From the sequence record SRR2962707_3387: a stretch of 64,000 nucleotides of DNA. One strand, given 5' to 3'. A program made the position numbers and the translations under genes. Of the stretch, positions 60,023 through 64,000 are shown in pieces (positions within the stretch are counted from its first letter, which is position 1; each line of letters starts with the position of its first letter). The notes under the pieces are model-generated. The model was not told where the DNA came from, searched no databases, and was given only the letters and a program-made list of their open reading frames with translations.

Positions 60023-60790
60023 TTAGAAATACCAGTTTCCCGCGGCAATGAAATTAGGGTTCAGGATGTTTTCTTTTCCGTAAACCAAGGGCTGGCCCTC
60101 CGGCGTTTGCACCTTCCCCCCTGCGGCGACTAGCACCGCGTGGGCGGCTGCGGTATCCCACTCGCTGGTCGGGCCCATTCGCGGATAAATATCAGCATGA
60201 CCCTCGGCAATTCGGCAGAATTTCAGGGAGCTGCCAGCCTGGACGGTTTCGTGTGCGCCGAGGGTGTCGATAAAGGCGCGGGTTTCTTCATTCAGGTGGT
60301 TTTTGCTGGCGACCACCCGCAACGTGTCTTTGGGTTCTGCCACCCGTATGCGGTGCACCCTGCCAGTGCGGTCCCGCATGTGAGCACCCTCACCCTTGAT
60401 GCCCCAGAAAGCTTCTTTCAGGGCCGGAGCGGTGACCACGCCCATTACAGGCTCGCCGTCTTCAATCATGGCGATGTTGACGGTGAATTCGCCCGTGCGC
60501 TGGGTAAAATCCTTGGTGCCATCGATGGGGTCAATCAGCCAGAATCGCCGCCACTTCTTACGCTCTTCCCAGGGAATTTCCGCGCCCTCTTCCGAGAGTA
60601 TTGGAATGTCCCGGCTGATTTGGCGCAGCCCCTTAACAATGATGTCGTGGCTGGCAATGTCTGCAGCGGTGATTGGTGAGTGATCTTCCTTATAATTTAC
60701 TTTGAAATCAGACTGGTAGATATGCAGCACTTTTTCGCTGGCTTCATCGGCAATTTTGATCACATCTGGCAGTATGGAACTGTAGTGCAT
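60023..60790 (-). CDS. cysQ: 3'(2'),5'-bisphosphate nucleotidase CysQ
   Basis: SP.T.AD, LSEEG, WLIDPIDGTKDF, EFTVNIA, GSSLKFC, EWDTAAAHA. Confidence 0.95.
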   Translation of the reverse strand: MHYSSILPDVIKIADEASEKVLHIYQSDFKVNYKEDHSPITAADIASHDIIVKGLRQISRDIPILSEEGAEIPWEERKKWRRFWLIDPIDGTKDFTQRTGEFTVNIAMIEDGEPVMGVVTAPALKEAFWGIKGEGAHMRDRTGRVHRIRVAEPKDTLRVVASKNHLNEETRAFIDTLGAHETVQAGSSLKFCRIAEGHADIYPRMGPTSEWDTAAAHAVLVAAGGKVQTPEGQPLVYGKENILNPNFIAAGNWYF

Positions 60791-62151
60791 CAGATCTCTA
60801 CCTCTTCGAACAAATCCGGTACCTCGGCATCCCATCCGAACTTTTCCGAGATGCGCTTGCGCATGGTATCACTGGCTACCGCTTCGCCGTGAGTCACGTA
60901 CACCTTTTCGGGCTTCAGATTACCTTGTTCCAGCCAGTGCAGGATTTCCCGATAGTCGCCATGAGCACTCATGGAATCCATGTTATGGATCTCTGCTTTC
61001 ACCGGCCAGTACTCACCATGAATCTTGACCGATTCGGCACCATGCACCAAGACATCGCCGCGTGTGCCAGGTGCCTGGAAGCCGGCAAAGACCACGCTGT
61101 TTCTGGGATTTGGCAGCAGGGTTTTAAGGTGGTGCAACACCCGGCCGCCCGAGGCCATTCCACTGGCTGAGATGATCACGCAGGGATATCTCACGGCATC
61201 CAGCTCAATGGATTCCTCGACGGTGCGAACGAACTCTGTTTTGTCGTCGATCAGCTCGCACTGGGCGCCGTTAAGCTTGTGTTCTTTGTGATGTTTGCAG
61301 AAAATTTCCGTGGCTTTGATGGCCATGGGGCTGTTGAGATACACCGGCAGTTTGGGAATTCGCCCCTGCCCCATAAGTTTGTGCACAACGTACAACAACA
61401 TCTGGGCCCGGCCAACGGCGAAAGCGGGCATCAATACGATCCCGCCGCGGCCCGCAGTTTTGGTGATGATCTCCTCCAGGTCCTTTTCTGGATCGGTTTC
61501 ACCATGGGTACGGTCGCCGTAAGTGGATTCACACACCAAAACATCGGCATGACTGATGGGCTCTGGTGGGCGCATGATGATGTCGTCCTGGCGCCCTACA
61601 TCGCCACTGAACACCACGGTGCGGGATGAACTCTTGTGCGTAACGTGCACGCAGGAGGAGCCCAGGATATGCCCGGCCGGGGTGAACTGAACCTCAAAAC
61701 CCTTCACCGGCTCGAACTTCTCGTGGTAGTGCAACGATTCAAAGTGTTTCAGAGCTTCCCAGGCGTCTTTCTCGGTAAACAGAGGTTCCGGTTTTTCGTG
61801 CTTTGAGAACTTTTTCCGGAAGGCGTACTTGGCATCCTCTTCCTGCAGGAACCCGGCATCGGGCAGCAGTACTTTGCAGAGCTCATGAGTGGCTTTGGTG
61901 CAGTAGATCTTGCCTTTAAACCCGTTCTTGACCAATGCAGGAAGGTAACCGGAATGGTCAATGTGCGCGTGGGTAAGCACCACCGCATCGATAGTTGAAG
62001 GATCTACCGGAAACTTGGCCCAGTTTCGGCGGCGCAGGGTTTTCACGCCCTGGTACATGCCACAATCCACCAGCATGCGGTGATTGTCGTCGGAAAGCAG
62101 ATAACGGGAGCCGGTGACGGTGCCTGTACCACCGAGGAAGCGGAGTTTCAT
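60790..62151 (-). CDS. MBL-fold beta-CASP ribonuclease-like protein
   Basis: FLGGTGTVTGSRY, THAHIDHSG, AGHILGS, FSGDVGR, ESTYG, PAFAVGRAQ, SGMASGGR, SAHGD, VTHGE. Confidence 0.92.
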   Translation of the reverse strand: MKLRFLGGTGTVTGSRYLLSDDNHRMLVDCGMYQGVKTLRRRNWAKFPVDPSTIDAVVLTHAHIDHSGYLPALVKNGFKGKIYCTKATHELCKVLLPDAGFLQEEDAKYAFRKKFSKHEKPEPLFTEKDAWEALKHFESLHYHEKFEPVKGFEVQFTPAGHILGSSCVHVTHKSSSRTVVFSGDVGRQDDIIMRPPEPISHADVLVCESTYGDRTHGETDPEKDLEEIITKTAGRGGIVLMPAFAVGRAQMLLYVVHKLMGQGRIPKLPVYLNSPMAIKATEIFCKHHKEHKLNGAQCELIDDKTEFVRTVEESIELDAVRYPCVIISASGMASGGRVLHHLKTLLPNPRNSVVFAGFQAPGTRGDVLVHGAESVKIHGEYWPVKAEIHNMDSMSAHGDYREILHWLEQGNLKPEKVYVTHGEAVASDTMRKRISEKFGWDAEVPDLFEEVEI

Positions 62152-62346
62152 AGGCGCGTAAGTCCTTGTCTGGTTGGCGATAGACAAAGCTTAACGCAAA
62201 AACCGTGGGTGAGTGAGGGGCTATGGACCGGAATTTACACACCCTCAAGACGGAACACCGCCCGATTCGCGTTTTTTTGATCTTTGGCAAGATCAGTTGC
62301 TGGCCCCCCGATTATTCTCTGGCCTTTCCGAAGAAGTAGGTGGCTT

Positions 62347-62988
62347 ATGCTGGGTAGTTCGCACTTGAGGAAACTGATGATCGTCGTAGGCCTGGCGGCC
62401 GGTTCAGTGGTTTCAGCCAGCCCTGCCGACGATGCGATGTCACAACTGAACGCCATCGTGGCCGACGACGCCAAGCGCCAGGCCAGCTACGAGGCCGGTC
62501 ACGAGCGCATCCGCTTTTGCGGCTATTGTCACGGCGAGGACGGCAACAGCAAGCGCGAGTACATACCCAACCTGGCCGCCCAACATCCGCTCTACCTGTT
62601 CAACCAGTTCGAGAAATTCCGCGACGGTACCCGTGAGGACTACGTGATGTCCAAACTGGCGAAAACACTGTCATTGGAGGAGCGAATCAATATTGCGGTT
62701 TATTACAGCCAGCAAACGGCAAAGCCCCGCACTGGCGGCGACCCCACCAAGGCTGACGCTGGCGAGAAGCTGTTTGCTGTGCGCTGTGCCGGTTGCCACG
62801 GTGACAAGGCACAAGGTTTCAGGGATATGCCCCGCCTGGCCGGGCAACCGGCTGAATATCTTGGGATTGCCCTGAGACGGTTCAAGGAGATGGACCCGAC
62901 TAAACACAGTACGCCGATGATTGGGGTGGCTGGAGTTTTGTCGGAGGGCCAGATTGAGGCATTAACCTCTTACCTGACCCACCAATAG
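62347..62988 (+). CDS. Diheme cytochrome c4-type protein
   Basis: Signal peptide, CGYCH and CAGCH heme motifs, PNLAAQ and PRLAGQ. Confidence 0.9.
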   Translation: MLGSSHLRKLMIVVGLAAGSVVSASPADDAMSQLNAIVADDAKRQASYEAGHERIRFCGYCHGEDGNSKREYIPNLAAQHPLYLFNQFEKFRDGTREDYVMSKLAKTLSLEERINIAVYYSQQTAKPRTGGDPTKADAGEKLFAVRCAGCHGDKAQGFRDMPRLAGQPAEYLGIALRRFKEMDPTKHSTPMIGVAGVLSEGQIEALTSYLTHQ

Positions 62989-62997
62989 GCCCTTCTA

Positions 62998-63447
62998 TCA
63001 GATCTCAGTGCAACCGGGCGGCAGCAGGCGAGACTGCCAGTTTGGCGCAGCGGTTCTGTCTATAACGCAAGCCCAGGCACCACCAATGCTCCGCTCGTAT
63101 CGAATCACGATGCCCGCCAAATTTGGGTGAGCATTGCCGCCCATGGTCACCTCGATATGCCCAGAACCGTCAGGGTTAACCGTTGCAATTTCAATTGCGG
63201 AGCTTCCAACCGTCATTGCGGATGGAGAGTAACCCAAGGTTTCATTGTTGACCGGCGTGGAAGCAGAGAGGTTCGCCTCAAACGCCGATCGGTACGACGC
63301 AAGCTCCGCCGCAGCACGATTGATTTGGGATTTCATGGTGTTAGCCTGAAGAAAAGGCAGCGACACAGCCGCAAGAATGCCAATAACGGCAACAACAATC
63401 ATCAATTCTATCAGGGTAAAACCGTCGCTATTACGAACCATGGCCAT
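62998..63447 (-). CDS. pilA: Type IVa pilin
   Basis: G|FTLIELMIVVAVIGILAA prepilin cleavage site with Glu5; C-terminal W.C...P.GC disulfide loop. Confidence 0.9.
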   Translation of the reverse strand: MAMVRNSDGFTLIELMIVVAVIGILAAVSLPFLQANTMKSQINRAAAELASYRSAFEANLSASTPVNNETLGYSPSAMTVGSSAIEIATVNPDGSGHIEVTMGGNAHPNLAGIVIRYERSIGGAWACVIDRTAAPNWQSRLLPPGCTEI

Positions 63448-63478
63448 GCCTCACTCAATACATCTTGGCATTTAGTAA

Positions 63479-63494
63479 GGCAAAAAACAGGCCA
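63479..63494 (-). promoter_or_regulatory. sigma54 promoter of the pilin gene
   Basis: Minus strand TGGCCTGTTTTTTGCC with GG(-24)/TTGC(-12), 31 nt upstream of the ATG. Confidence 0.72.
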
Positions 63495-63522
63495 TCAGCG
63501 TCAACTTAACAAGGCGATCACT

Positions 63523-63999
63523 TCAACTTCCTATGTCATTGCGCGGGAAATAACCATGCAACCAGAATCGGGGAAGAGCTCGCTCCCTCAAGACTTGGTA
63601 ATAATAGGACTCGTCCTCTCTCATATCGAGATAATACTTCCTCACCTCAACCGCCCAGGCGCCCCAGAGCAAAAAGACAAGCGTGGCGATTACGGCCGCC
63701 TGAAGGGCTTTTCTCAAGGGTCGCGAGGCATCGTTCTTATATCTCTTCCCCTTAAGGGTACCCGGAACAATAAACCCCAAAAAAACAGGCATGATCAACA
63801 GCCCCACGAGCATCGAGCCAGGTGCGATAAAGACCGCTGATACGCCCGCATGAATTAAGGCCCCGACAATAGAAGCCAACAGAGCCGCAAGAACAATCGC
63901 CTCGGTTGAACTCTCACTCACCTTTATGACTTTGCAGCGAGCATAGAGAAACGAAGCAACCTGAAAAGCCCCCCAGAGCAATGTCAGAACAAGCAGCCA
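63523..63999 (-). CDS. O-antigen ligase/oligosaccharyltransferase-like membrane protein (3' part; runs off the window)
   Basis: Frame open to the window edge; TM helices, IHAGVS, C-terminal LPRFWLHG; adjacent to pilin. Confidence 0.55.
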   Translation of the reverse strand, partial: WLLVLTLLWGAFQVASFLYARCKVIKVSESSTEAIVLAALLASIVGALIHAGVSAVFIAPGSMLVGLLIMPVFLGFIVPGTLKGKRYKNDASRPLRKALQAAVIATLVFLLWGAWAVEVRKYYLDMREDESYYYQVLRERALPRFWLHGYFPRNDIGS

Positions 64000-64000
64000 C

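Noticed and set aside
63127-63840. 237-aa plus-strand ORF
   Set aside because: Antisense to the pilin and ligase-like genes; atypical composition
1-64000. CRISPR arrays, tRNA/rRNA genes, IS elements, prophage or defence systems
   Set aside because: No repeat-spacer periodicity, RNA gene signature, transposase or integrase recognised by eye; the intergenic hairpins do not share sequence, so no REP family is called

Overview
Gammaproteobacterial chromosome segment (gene content and style suggest Marinobacter or a relative; this is inference) devoted almost entirely to the cell surface. (1) 1-21.5 kb, flagellar filament locus: fliS-fliD-flaG-fliC1 (sigma28 promoters), a 9-kb flagellin glycosylation island (FgtA-like multi-domain glycosyltransferase, two methyltransferases, WbqC, three DegT-family aminotransferase-like genes), a second divergent flagellin with a sigma54 promoter, rmlBDAC, and a sigma54-preceded TPR protein. 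(2) 21.5-26.7 kb: sbcB, a DUF6160/FilA-like secreted protein, a REC-CheC plus PAS-GGDEF pair, and mvaT. (3) 26.8-59.3 kb: a 32-kb minus-strand polysaccharide locus combining ABC-type capsule export (kpsDMTE, several KpsC-type proteins), Wzi, the full pseudaminic acid pathway (pseBCFGHI) and a Wzx/Wzy/Wzz module. (4) 59.5-64 kb: rfaH, cysQ, a beta-CASP nuclease, cytochrome c4, a sigma54 type IV pilin and a partial O-antigen-ligase-like gene. No tRNA, rRNA, CRISPR array or transposase was recognised. Best candidates for novelty: an AT-rich 1169-aa KpsC/TPR/FlmG-like fusion, a pair of DegT paralogues with complementary motif losses (possible obligate heterodimer), and an RfaH ops element inside the wzi signal-peptide codons. 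All functional calls come from motif recognition by eye; no searches were run.
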